Source of the DNA: the human T2T-CHM13v2.0 reference genome, Homo sapiens
Length of the DNA stretch: 64,000 nt
Assembly: GCF_009914755.1 (NCBI RefSeq)
Contig: NC_060930.1
Strand: one strand, 5' to 3'
Under the pieces are notes generated by a model. It worked only from the letters and a program-made list of their open reading frames with translations, ran no database searches and was not told the origin of the DNA. Numbering within the stretch: position 1 is the first letter of the stretch; each line of letters opens with the position of its first letter. The translations under genes were made by a program, and so were the position numbers. Of the stretch, positions 1-13,780 are shown piece by piece.

Positions 1-1953
1 GTGAGTCCCCAACCTCATTCAAAACTAGAATGATGGTGAACTCTGCTGTGTGTGGATCAGCACCTATGTATCACTACCCTTGATAAGTAACTCAAAAACA
101 CATGCCTATTGATCATTTCCATAAGTAAAAGATAGGCATCAAAAACATTGTTGTTAAACAAAATGTACCAAGTTGGAAATTTTCTCCCAGCTCTGAGCAT
201 CTCTCAATGAAGTGACGTATGCTGAACAAGTAAGTATATCACAAAATGTGACCTTTCGGGGCATCTTAGTAGTGAGAAAGAAGACAAACGTAAGAAAGGT
301 TAGTAGTCCAGAGAAGAAAAGAAGAGAACTGAGAAACAGTAACAGTTGGAATTATTTTTGTGTGGTTGTTGTTCTTTCTGGTTATAACTTTCCTAATAGT
401 CATAATACCAGGTGTAGATTTGGAACTCTGCATCCAAGTCTCTCTTGCTCTCTTAATATATTTCTGGAAATTAACATGCAGTATTTGATTATAACATGGT
501 CAATATTTAGAGCCCATCATATGCAAAATATAACAGTGAAACATCAATACTAAATAGAAATGTCTGATAAAATTATAGGTACTTCATTTTTTGCCTTATA
601 CTTTTCTGTCTTTTCCAAGTATTCTGCAATGAACAGTAACTCTCATAACTAGAATTTTTTTAACTGCCTGCTAATTAAAACAATGCCGTTTCAGATCTCC
701 CAGAGTTTTTAACATGAGTGCTGCCTATTCCTGCTTCATTCCTTCTTTTTCTCTTCAAACAGCCAGTTTCAGAAATGAGATGTTCTGGTTTGATGGTAGG
801 CCAGGATCAAATTAAACTACTCCTGAATTTCACAAGCCTAATATTTCAAATGAGAGATTTCAGCTCATTTGACATATTCTAACATACTTGTGCTTGATGA
901 AGTGTTACTTATGTGAACCATTAGCTTGAATAATGTGTGAAAGCAAAATGACGGTTTTCTTAGGCAGTCACTAATTGTTCTTCCCTCAGTGCTTCTACAA
1001 ATGAACGTTGAGAGGCAGAGAGAAGGGTGTGGCAGGTGATGAAGGCTGTCCTTCTCTGGAGACCCAGCATAGGGTTTCTGCAGCAGTGCACGCAGTGTTG
1101 AGAATGCAATGCACAGAGATAGGTACCCAGCCATCCAGATCAGACCCAGTGCTCAATTAGAAGGAAGATTTTGCAGCCAAATGATCATCACATCCACACA
1201 AATACCATCTAGTGCTCAGTCTTGAGCCCTAGTATGTGAGACAGAGAAAATCTGTGGTGCTTGGGTGTGTCTGAACAGCTAGAACTCCACTGGGTTAGCC
1301 AACTCTACCGCCTAGTTATGGTTTCTATTTTTAAATTCTATATTCATACAGCTGACCTTTTTTTTTCCACTATGCTGGTTAATTTTAATGCTATCTTTAA
1401 AAGATGAGAGCTAATTGAGAGAAAAAGAGAGCAGACACAGATAACTTGGGCATCTCTCTGGCTTCAATCACTGCTCAATCTAATATAGTTCCCACCCTGG
1501 GTGTTCAGAGTCTCTTATTTGGAGTTAGACCCAGCTGGGGCTTGAAACTGGCTCCAGACATTCAGCAGCATTAGCAGATGGTGGAATCCTCGAGGAAGTA
1601 ATTCTACTGCGGGTTTTCTATTCCCTAACCAGGTCTTTTGAGCATAATGTGCTTTCTCACCAGCTCACTCAGCCTCCTCATTCTGTAACTAACCAGTCTC
1701 TCCTTAGCTCTACTCAAGGAATAAATTACAAAACAGAGATGGAGAGAAAAGACAGAGAGAGAAAGCGAGGAGAGAGAGGGGTCATGGTCCAGTATATTCC
1801 ATACATGCTAGTGGGAAGCCAGTATTTTTTTTTTTTTTTTTTTTTGCTTCCCAGTCATAAGGATTTCTTACTGCCCGCCCCTCCCACCCCCAAGTGCCAT
1901 TTTCCTATTTTTAGCTTTGTTTTTGTTTTAAGAAATCCTTCTCTTCAGTCTTA

Positions 1954-2717
<764 letters not shown>

Positions 2718-2739
2718 CTATGAAAAATGTGGGGTTTTG

Positions 2740-3042
2740 TTTGTTTTTTGTTTTGTTTGAGAAAGGGTCTCACTCCCTTCGGCCAAGCTGGAGTGCAGTG
2801 GTGAGATCATGATTGACTGAAGCCTGGACTTTCTGGACTCAAGCCATCCTCCCACCTCAGCACGCTGAGTATCTGGGACTACAGACACATGCCATCATGC
2901 CTGGCTAATTTTTTATATTTTTAGTAGAGATGGGGTTTTGCCATTTTGCTCAGGCTGATCTCAAACTCCTGGGCTCAAGGGATCTGCCTGCCTCGGCCTC
3001 CCAGGGCTCTGGGATTACAGGCATGAGCCACCACGCCTGGCC
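2740..3042 (-). mobile_element. Alu SINE (AluJ-like), antisense
   Basis: T-rich tail then GAGAAAGGGTCTCACTC ... GAGCCACCACGCCTGGCC. Confidence 0.9.
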
Positions 3043-3984
3043 AAAAAGTTTTAAATAAAATAAACATGTCAGATTTTACCTATGCTTCTACAAACTATTT
3101 TACAAGCTTAGATTTTTTAAAAAAACAATGAAATCATACTTGCAAAAGAAAAATCCCTGCTAAAACCAAAAATATAAGTTATTTTTAAAGTAGTCCACAA
3201 AGTGGGTATTTGGTTTGGGTGTTTGCTTGTTTTATTTTTGTTTATTTTTTTTTTCTTGGCCAACCAATATTTTCCCGTTCTACTCATTTCCACACCTGGT
3301 CCCATTGATTCTATGAGTTTCCAGTTAGCCAGCTTTAGTTTCTATTGTTCATAAACAAAAATACTAACCAATATAACTGGTCTCCCTATTGCCCCTCGCC
3401 TCTTCTTCCTCTTCTGAAACTTCTAGCAATTAAGCATAAAGTAGACAAGGAATGAACCAAACGCTATCTTCCAGATAAATTCCCCAGATTATTAGTAAAC
3501 TGGAATTCAGGGAATGGGCACTGCAGTTAATACAAGAAGGGACTGTTTCAGCCCACAATAGCATGAGGTGTATTTATAAGACAGAAAGATGTGAGAGTGC
3601 ACCTGTTCCTCTGCAACAGTGGGGGTTAGGACTTGGACAGTTTACAGTTTTACTCGGTCAGCTTTAGCAAAGAACTGTGTGTGGGAGGATCCCTCCTTTT
3701 TTTTTAGCCTTGGGCTCTGATATCGTACCTGGTTGTTCGGAAATAAAGGCCACTAACAGATCCTTGGGACTCGTGAAGGGGGGTAGGGACAGGAAAAGTC
3801 ATCATTAAGCAGTGAAGGCACTGAACTTATAGCTCCCCTTACATACACGGGGACATTCAAATGCTTTTGTGAACGTTATTATCTTTGCTGCGCTTCCCAA
3901 CAATGCTGGGTGGAGACAGAGCAGATATTGCCATCTCCATTTTACTGTTGACAACACCAAGCTTCAGACAGATGAAGTAAGTTT

Positions 3985-4321
3985 TCTCTTTTTTTTTCTT
4001 TCGTTGTTTTCTTTTTGTTGTTGTTGTTGTTTAGAGACAGGGTCTTTTGCTCTGTCGCCTAGGCTGGAGTGCAGTAGGGGGATCACAGCACACTGCAGCC
4101 TCGAACTCCCAGGCTCAAGTGATCCTCCCACCTCAGCCTCCCATGTAGCTGAGACTACAGGCAGGCGCCACCACGCCTGGCTAATTTTTTGTATTTTGTG
4201 TAGAGATGGGGTTTCGCTGTGTTGCGAAACCGGGCTGGTCTCAAACTGCTGGGCTCAGGCGATCCTCCTGCCTCGGCCTCCAAAAGTGCTGGGATTACAG
4301 GTGTGAGCCATCGAGCTGGCC
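3985..4321 (-). mobile_element. Alu SINE (AluJ-like), antisense, with target-site duplication
   Basis: Antisense Alu consensus flanked on both sides by TGAAGTAAGTTT. Confidence 0.92.
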
Positions 4322-4674
4322 TGAAGTAAGTTTGCTAAGTTTCCACGGCTGAAACCCACATCATCTGGCTCCTATAAAGAAATCAAAAAGGTAGGCTATG
4401 TAATATATTGGCAAAGAGGAACAAGCGGTAAATGAGTGAAGGGTTGTAGACCTTTAATAGCTAATATTGCAGTAATGCCACCTGTTAGGTCAGGAGATGA
4501 GCACCTTACCTTAAGACGAGGACAACATCTGGTTGCCTGTGAGAAGGGACAGGCAGGGTATCAGGTGCTGCACAAATGTTTAATGAATGAGTGAGATAAG
4601 ACAGGAGGTAGAATGAGCAACCTGAGAGAGGGCCTGGTACCCTGTAAGGCGTTTTGATTCAGCAGAACGAGTAA

Positions 4675-5289
<615 letters not shown>

Positions 5290-5553
5290 TGATCCAAGAT
5301 ATTTGAAGAACAGTGGCAGCTTGGAGGTGTTTAATCACCGTAAATTCGAGACGGCAGAAAGGCGTCCCCGCCTGGAGCCCCGGGCGATCGCTCACTCTGA
5401 GCAGCGTCGCCCAGCGGGCAGAGGCGGCTGGTGTGTTCCGGGGTCTCCCTCCCTTCCCGCAGCACTCGGCGCCCGCAAGCTGCCACCTCCCGGGGCGGCC
5501 AGGGAAACTCAGCCGGCTCTGGGAGGCGGGGGCCGCGGTCGAGGGGCGCCGCT

Positions 5554-5668
5554 ATTGGCTGATCGGGCGGGGGAGGAGGGGCAGGGAGGCCGTGATTGGC
5601 GGGGACCCGAGCTGAAGGGGGCGGGGCCGCTATATCAGCAGAGTCCCTGTCGCAGCGCAGGCAGTTGG
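5554..5668 (+). promoter_or_regulatory. MYLIP: MYLIP core promoter: two inverted CCAAT boxes, GC boxes, TATA-like element, Inr-like start
   Basis: ATTGG at 5554 and 5595; GGGCGG at 5565; GGGGCGGGGC at 5618; TATAT at 5631; GCAGTT with A at 5663, ~32 bp downstream of TATAT. Confidence 0.7.
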
Positions 5669-5899
5669 GCTGCTGGAGTGCGGCGCCACCGCGGAGGACA
5701 GGGGCAGCTGGCGGGCAGCGGGTGAGGGGGTGGCGGGGACGCGAGTGGCGGCCGCGGGGCCCCGGACAAGGGTCCGCAGAGCTGCAGCCTTCGAGGGCCA
5801 GCCCTCTCCGAGTCCGGGGCTGGGTCCCACCAGTGACAAGGCGGCAGCCCCGCGCACACCAAAGAGAAGGCGGCTGTGGCGGCAGCGGCAGCCCCAGCC

Positions 5900-5986
5900 A
5901 TGCTGTGTTATGTGACGAGGCCGGACGCGGTGCTGATGGAGGTGGAGGTGGAGGCGAAAGCCAACGGCGAGGACTGCCTCAACCAG
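5900..5986 (+). CDS. MYLIP: MYLIP/IDOL exon 1 coding part (aa 1-29, FERM N-terminus)
   Basis: GCCATG start; [29 protein letters not shown]; donor CAG|GTGAGG. Confidence 0.97.
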
Positions 5987-7133
5987 GTGAGGGCGAGGGG
6001 CAAGAAGGGGCCCCGGCGGGTCCCGCGAGGCCGAGGGGCCTCGCAGCGACGCCTGGCACTCTGGCGCGCCCCCTACTAGGGGCCGGGAGGCACTGCGGCG
6101 GCAGCCGGGGGGAGCGCGTCCCCTCCTCTCCACGGGCGTGGGGCGCGCGGTCTCCTCCTGGCGCGCGTGGGGTGCGCGGAGAAAGCGCGCAGCGGGGGTC
6201 CCCAGCGCTGAGGGCCGGGCGCAGCCCGCAGCCGGGATCCACCCCCCAGCGCCCCATCATCCCCCCAACCCAGCACTTTCCCGGAAGAAGGCGGCTCCGC
6301 ACACCTGCCGCAGGTATGTGCGTGATGCCGCCTGTCGGGTCCCCGCGGCGCCTGGCAGTGCCACCCGCGTGCCAGGATGGGATGGAGTGGCTCGAAGCAG
6401 TCTCGGGCCCCAGGGGTTCTTGGCAGACAAGCCGGGCCCTTGTCTCACGCTGCTTCTCAGGCTGCTGCTCTCAAATGCACCGTTCACCTGCATCTCCGGG
6501 TTTGCGGGGGACGGGAGGAATAGGTTTGGGTCATCTACTGCTCGGTTGTTTTTAAGCATGTGTTTCCTTAACAGTGAGGGAGATCGGTGCCAAATAGTGC
6601 AGAGGTGGTATGGCAGACAGCACATGTGATCCCAGGAAAACGCTGTGCCCTCAACCCCTCTAGCTCTGAGATGTTTGGAAAACCGCTTGTGAAGCTTAGC
6701 TGACACTTGTGGCGTGTTCCCTCAATGTGTTTGATTTTTGGAGTCCAAATGGTTAAAATTGCCCAGATAATAAGTCGCCAAAAATCAGCTGTGCAGAGTA
6801 TGCTGGTGGAGGGAATTCCGGTGATTGGAATACGAAGGAAAATACCCTGTAGTTTCCCCTCCTCATCTTTTGGAAGGCTACTTTTGAGGACTCCTTTTTT
6901 CTCTATTGCAATTGGTCATGCCCTAGACGTTAAAAGGAATTATGAGCCTCCATACTAGAGCTCGTGGTTTGGTATCATTGGAGCCGTGGAACTTTGTTTT
7001 TCCAGTTTAGATCAGGAATTGTAACACCATTGAACTTTGTAAAAAGCACCAGCAATCTTAGCCTCAGGGAGCCGTTGGGTTTGCTTTGATACGTACCATT
7101 TGCTCATCCAGGCTGCATTCCTTTTTGTTTTAG

Positions 7134-7324
7134 GTGTGCAGGCGACTGGGAATCATAGAAGTTGACTATTTTGGACTGCAGTTTACGGGTAGCAAAGGTG
7201 AAAGTTTATGGCTAAACCTGAGAAACCGGATCTCCCAGCAGATGGATGGGCTAGCCCCTTACAGGCTTAAACTTAGAGTCAAGTTCTTCGTGGAGCCTCA
7301 TCTCATCTTACAGGAGCAGACTAG
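7134..7324 (+). CDS. MYLIP: MYLIP exon 2 (191 nt, FERM F1)
   Basis: Acceptor TTTTAG|GTG; [17 protein letters not shown]...[12 protein letters not shown]...[16 protein letters not shown] is a typical FERM sequence; donor TAG|GTAAAG. Confidence 0.97.
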
Positions 7325-7671
7325 GTAAAGTGAGCTAAAATAAACCAATGTCAAATTGACCTTTGGTTCCCTTTAGAAGGGCCGCTGCACCTTCCCAGAG
7401 ATACTCACAGGCAAGTTTGTTTTGATGCGGAGTTCCATCTTAACTTAGGTTTTCCATGCAGGTCCTTTTGTTGAGGTGGAGGGGGAGCTACCTACTTGGT
7501 CTGAGTGCATTTTCCAATCCTTCTTTTAGTTTTTCTTGTCTTTATAAACTTGATGGGTGAGCAGGGTTGAATTCTTACAAACACTTGAGATAAGTGCTAC
7601 CCCAGGAAAAAAAAAAAAAAAAAAAGAAACCACCCTACCCGACTGACTGACTTCCTGATAGCAGCATCTAA

Positions 7672-7714
7672 TGCCCGATAGTAACCTCTGCCTCAGCAGT
7701 GTTACTATAGGTCA
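7672..7714. promoter_or_regulatory. Pair of putative LXR/RXR DR4 response elements in intron 2
   Basis: TGCCCG-ATAG-TAACCT (7672-7687) and GTGTTA-CTAT-AGGTCA (7699-7714); MYLIP is an established LXR target. Confidence 0.7.
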
Positions 7715-10700
7715 TTGCAGACTGTTCTAACAGAAAGCAGGAAAGAGTTCCTCTTGGGTTACTTAAACTTGGTCAGTTTCTTCAGCCTAGTGTCAGATTA
7801 CAGTGTGCAGCCAAGAGCTCTGTTTGACTTCATGCAGAATTTTTAAAGTTTTTAAGTTTCTTGAAAATGTAATTTCATGAACTCTTCTAAGGCTACTGTA
7901 ACTGAATTCCAACCCACAGATATGTTACACACGATTGGTGAGTATAGATTGAATTTATCTCTCTACGTTGTAAAACACCACCAACAGTGGTAGACAACTG
8001 AAGCATGTGGTCTCATTTTTCAAACAAAATATGTTCTCCCCTGGACTGACTCTAATACTTGATTCTCAAGAATGAGCCAAACTAGGAAATTGATATTTAA
8101 TATTTATTGAAAGGCAGGAGACTTCAATCTTACAGTGGCATATCAAAAAATTAAAAAGGAAAACAGCTACTTTGAAGACATAGCAAGCTTTGGATCTAAG
8201 TTCTAATGTTTTTCATAATTCTTTGGCTGAGAAATTTGCCATGCATATGAAAAATGTGATTCTAAAAATTTTAAGTAATGATGAATGAGCATTATCCTTT
8301 AAGAGTTTTTTACATGACATTTGCTTGTTTGTTTTACCAAAGGACTGATAAAGACTCATTTTGAAATACTTATCATTTGAATTTGAAATTTCCACTTTGC
8401 CTTGTAATCGAGCTTTAAAGGTTGAGGCAGACGTTTAATTTTGTTTCTGAATGAAGATGGTATATTGAGTTCTTGGTACTCCTGAAAATATCTTGCAAAA
8501 TATTCAAGTGATTGCATGCTTAAGGATGTTTTAGCTGTCTGTATTAATCAGAATAGACTTTTTAAAATTATTATTTAAAGCCGATTTGTGAAAGCTTTGC
8601 GCTTCACTGTCATAACTTGCAGTCGAATACAAGATATAACACAACATATTGGAATTTTCATTGTGTAGTCCTATTATGATTTTGTAATTATTTCAAGATC
8701 TCTAGATGCAACCCAGTTTTGATGGCACAAAATTATTTTTTAAATCTTCAGAAGCTTGGAGTACCAAATAACTGCATTTAAACAATGGCTGCAGTGATAA
8801 TAGCATAATACATTTGTTTTATGAATGTATTCAGACTTTATAATTGACTAGTAGATGGTCTCTACCTGTGCTTTCCTGTAATTGGGTTAGTAACTATTAT
8901 CAAATCAATTTTATTCATGTAAGAAATAGAGACATTTTATGAATTAGAACTTGAATCAAATTTCCTGTCTTGGTCTCTCCTTTATTGATTCAATTGACTT
9001 GGACTCTTGAGATTCATAATAGTACTCAAAGAATGTACATACCTAGTTCAACTAGGTAATTTTAATTGATTTTAATTCTTTTTGAAATTGTATGGAAAAG
9101 TTAAGTGTGACCTTAACTTTTAACTTGCTTTTAATATGTTGGTGAATTTTACTTGGTTTCATGGGGTTGGCTGAAATACATAACTGACACTTAAGTTTTA
9201 ATAACTAGATAAAGTGATTTGTAATTAGCATTTGTACCTCTTAATTAGGACATCAGAAGCTGTACTGGGTCCAGTTTACAATTAGCATTGTTTTTACATG
9301 CATGAAACTATAGAACAAAAATATGTATGTTTACAAATGCTAGCAAATGAAGCTGGTTCGTAAACTTCTTTGATGTTTAATTATTTGTTGTAAAATACTT
9401 ATATAAAATGCCATGAATATAAAATAGGTCTGTTTATGTAGTGAGTAAATTTAGCTTTGACAATCCAGTTATGAAAGGTGATTTTTTTATTCTTTTCTAA
9501 ATCATGAGGGTGCATGTAGTGTAGTATACTGAAAGTATCTAGACAGTTTATTAAATGATGCTGAAATATCCTGGCAGAGTTGTCCTCTGGGGACAATTAA
9601 GGTAGCCAAGTTGGGAAGGGCAGTTAACTTATTAGTTCATATCAGATTAGGGAGGCCCTTGTGAGAATGATGGGCAGGAAGGCCTGTTTGTCATAGGACA
9701 GCACCAGGGAACCAGGCAGAAGCCCTGTATTGTAGTTTCAGCTCTGCCACCAACTACCAGCCATCCAGACTGCTATGGGCCCAGCTCTACATCCTACTTG
9801 AAGGCCTCTGAAGAGATGGTTTCTAAATTTCTCTTAGCAATAACTTTTTTCATTGCTTTTGTGTCCTCTTTATATTATTTTCCTTAATGTTTTCCTAAAT
9901 ATGTGTCTCTGAAAACAGAAAAAGCACATCAAGTGTTTGCTTAGATTGGTAGGTAGAGTTCTGATTTGGCCTAATTTTAGATTTGATTCTTCTATCTAGA
10001 TTATGCTTTGCTCTTGAATATGAGCCTCAAATGTAAAAGGAGAGTCTTTTACTTTTCAGCTGGCATATTTCAGAGATGGAGACAGCAGGTTATTTTCAGC
10101 AGATGTTTGTGATGCCATGGAATAAAATGAATAGTGAAACAAATTAATGTATTCTGGAAGTAGATCTGAAATAATAATCATCTTGGAAATTCTTGCCTTT
10201 CAAAGGCTTTGAGTTTACTGCAATTCTGACTGGATTTTGTCAACATTTCCAAAACCAGAGATTAGAGAAGTATATGCTTCATCTTCACAATGGTAATTAT
10301 ACCATCCACTGCCAATAAAATCTATATTTTGCTCCCGACTTAGCCACGTTTTAGCAGAGCTCTGAAGTCTTTGCTAGGAGACGTTTTGCTTAGGTAAGGC
10401 TCACCAACACATGGATTCTCTTTTCCAGAAAACAACCCCATTCCAAGAGCTCCGTGAGTCCCAGACTAAATGTTCACAGAAATGCTCTAATCCTGGATGT
10501 TAAATTTCATCCAGATTTCAGTGATGCTGGCAGTGATGAGTTTGACTCTGACTCGTCCCTTGTTAAATCTGTCCTACCTTTCTGACCTCAGCTCCATCCT
10601 CAGCCCTCAGAAAAGTTTCCCTAGCCTTGCTTGGGAGACTAAACTCCCCCAAGACATCATGTATCTTTCCTTTATAGCATTTAATGAGCTTATAATACTA

Positions 10701-12224
10701 CATATACTTACGTGGTAATTTGTTTATTATCAGTCACTCTAATAACCTAAACTCCATTAAACAGGGAGCTTATCAACATTGTATCCCCAGAGTCTAATAA
10801 GTGTCTGTTGCATATTTGTTGAATCATAGAATTAAGAACTTGGAAGTAAACAAAAATGGGGTTAACTGATAACTACTAATATAAGCTTTCCTAATAGATT
10901 TTGAGATGTTTTTCACTTTGCTTTTATAAACTGAAAAGTTGAGAGTATCTAAAAGAAATCTCACCATTTCAAAAATGTTTTGTAGTGATTATTTTCTGTT
11001 TGAACTTAACTTAGAGCTTCCTCACATTCTTTTGCTTCCTTTCTTTCACCCCCTCTACACCATCCTAGACCATGTGTTTATTGTGGCTATTAGTTCTTTC
11101 CTAAAAGAAACTACCACTTATCTGGGCCGTCTATGAAAGTCAGATAGTTTTCAAGTTATAGCATCACTTTAACTGCAACCCATTTATAGTCCTAAGTACA
11201 TATTAACTAAGTATTTCCCTGTCTTCCAACAAAAATCACTTTTAGACATGTGGAAATCTGGGAAAGATTGCATGCCCAAACACAAAATAGGCCCTGGAAA
11301 GTAAAAACAGTAAAAGCAGGCATGTGGTTATTTCCAAAGAAAGTATTTAATCAAATTTTAAATTTCTGATATAATTTTTTCTTTTGTTAAGGCTATAGGA
11401 TGTTTGTGTTATTATATGTGTTTATTTCAGCCAAGGAACGCCTGTCTGGGTATCTTTAGGCCCTTTTTGAATTTCTGGTACTTATATATTTGTATGAAAT
11501 ATTCAAGGAAGGTTTTTAAAATGACATGTAAAATTAAATCTGAGCATTTAGAAGGCACCTAGGGTCAGACTCAAGGTGACCAGTGTTGAGCAGCTGTAGG
11601 GACACTAGGTGTGTTTCCTCTGAATGGTGTCCCACTGTGGCCTGTTCCCAGCCCTCTTCTGTACCAGCAGCAGGACCTAGCAAGTAACTCAGAATGTGAA
11701 GGCAGTTAAAAAGATGATGAGGTCTGAAAATTCCTGAACCTTCCTGGCCTCATGGAATGAATGTACCAAAAAGCACTCCTTGGCTGATCTATATTGTTGG
11801 GAAAGAGATTGTAGTTAACATTTTCAGATTTCAGGGCTGCCTAGATTGGTGTTTGCCTAGGATGGGGATCTACTGTGAGTGAATAAGCACATTTTTTTAG
11901 AAGTGCAGATTTTCTGCTTTCAATTAGAAGTGTTCTTCTGGTGTGGGTTGTGATCACTTTTGAAGTTGGAAATTTTCCCAGCTGCTGCCCTCCACATCTT
12001 TTAACTGCTTTAGAGCAGGAACACTTTCATCAGTGATTCTCATTTTGTACTTTGGGCTTTGAAAAGGATCTCCTTAAGCCTACATAGAGACCTAACTTGG
12101 TAATTATTTGGCTGTGACAAGTTTCTCAGTGGCAAGCCCTCCATGAAGTAGATAGATGTGGTGGTTCACGTTAGATATGGCTAGTTACTTGAATCCTTGA
12201 CCCTAAGGGATTTTTACTAGTATT

Positions 12225-12321
12225 ACTTCCTTAACTTATGAAAATTTTCAAACAGACAGGAAAATTGGAGATTTTTTACAGGGAACACCTATGTATATAT
12301 ACACACATTATATGTGTGTGT

Positions 12322-12372
<51 letters not shown>

Positions 12373-13780
12373 CTATATATTCTATATAGTGTATATATAC
12401 AGTATATATTCTATATAGTGTACATGTACACTATATATTCTACTCTATAGTATGTATACTAAGTATATACTATATATACTAAATTCTAATATTAATAGTT
12501 TACTCTACATGCTTTATTACATATTCATCCATTTATCAGTCCTCTATCCACCCATCAATCTGTCTTATTTTTAGATGCATTTCAAAATAAGTTGTATATA
12601 AGTATGTTTCCCCGTAAATACTTCAGCATGCATAACATTAACTAGAACTCAATGTTTGCAGTTTTTTCTTTTGATGTAAAATTTACATAAATCCTAATTA
12701 TACCATTTAATGATTTTTGACAAACAGCTGTGCTTGTTTAAATAAAACTGCTATCAAAATTTAGAACATTATCATCACTCCAGAAAGTTCCCTGAAGCCC
12801 TTCTGCAGTCAACCCCTCCCCTTCTTTCCCACCCCCACCCACCGCACACCACACCTCTGTCATGTGTTCTTCTACCAGAGATGAGCTATGCCTGTGCGGC
12901 CTTATCTATATGGAATCTTGTGGTATGCACTCTTTGATATCTGGCTTCTTTTGTTCATCACAGATTTTTTGAGATCCATCCATATTGTCCTATATATCAG
13001 TGGTTGGTTCTTTTATATTGCTGGATAGTATTCCATTGAATGAATCTAGTGTTTGTTTATCCGTACTCCTAATAATGAACACCTGTTTTCCAGCTATTAT
13101 GAATAAAGCTGCCATAAACATTCTAGTATGTACCTTTTTTTTGTAGACACATATTTTCATTTCTCTTGAATAAATAAATACCTAAGAGTGGAATAGCTGG
13201 GTCATGGAGTAAGTAATCATTTCATTTTATAACTAACTGCCGGACCTTTTCCCAAAGCTATTTGGCAACTGTGCTATTCTGTACTCCCAGCAAGAATGTA
13301 AGAGTCTAGTTCCTCCACATCCCTGCCAGCTTTCTGGTGGGTGTGTAGTGGTAGAGTGTTGTGGTTTTAATTTGCATTTCTCTGACAATTCATATTAAAC
13401 ACTTGTTCATGTGTTTATTGGCCTTTCATGTATCTTTTTCAAAGTGTCCAAGTCATTTACTCATTTTTGTTGTTTGCTTTTATTTTTGAGTTGTACAAAT
13501 TCTTCATGTACCCTAGATACCAGTCCTTTGTCAGATACATGTTTTGTAAATGTATTTCCTCCTGTGGCTTACCTGTTTTTCTGATGCCTTTTATGAGTAG
13601 AAGTTTTTAATTTTGGTGAAGCCTAATTTATCCACTTTCTTCTTTTGTGGTTTTTGCTATGTCCTGAGAAACCTTTGCTACCTGGAAGTCATGAAGATAC
13701 TCTTAAGTTTTGTTTCTAAAGCGTTACGGTTTTAGCTTTTACATTTAGACCCGTGATCCATCTTGAACTGATTTGTGTTT
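12225..13780 (-). mobile_element. Old L1 (L1M-type) 3' fragments, antisense, interrupted by a (TA)n tract
   Basis: Antisense L1 3'-end motifs (GGATAGTATTCCATTG, GAATAAAGCTGCCATAAACATT, GTGGTTTTAATTTGCATTTCTCTG); boundaries approximate. Confidence 0.75.
12325..12367. repeat. (TA)n microsatellite
   Basis: ~20 TA units within a longer TA-rich low-complexity tract. Confidence 0.95.

Larger units (their letters stand above)
5330..6520. promoter_or_regulatory. MYLIP: CpG island spanning the MYLIP promoter, exon 1 and start of intron 1
   Basis: Abrupt rise in GC content and CpG density relative to flanks. Confidence 0.9.

Noticed and set aside
5876-5899. In-frame upstream GTG giving an Ala-rich N-terminal extension of IDOL
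   Set aside because: Only 8 codons, an in-frame TGA lies at 5834, and the known protein starts MLCYVTR; no support without Ribo-seq
7358-7373. TGACCT-TTGG-TTCCCT as another DR4
   Set aside because: Second half-site is poor; much weaker than the pair at 7672-7714
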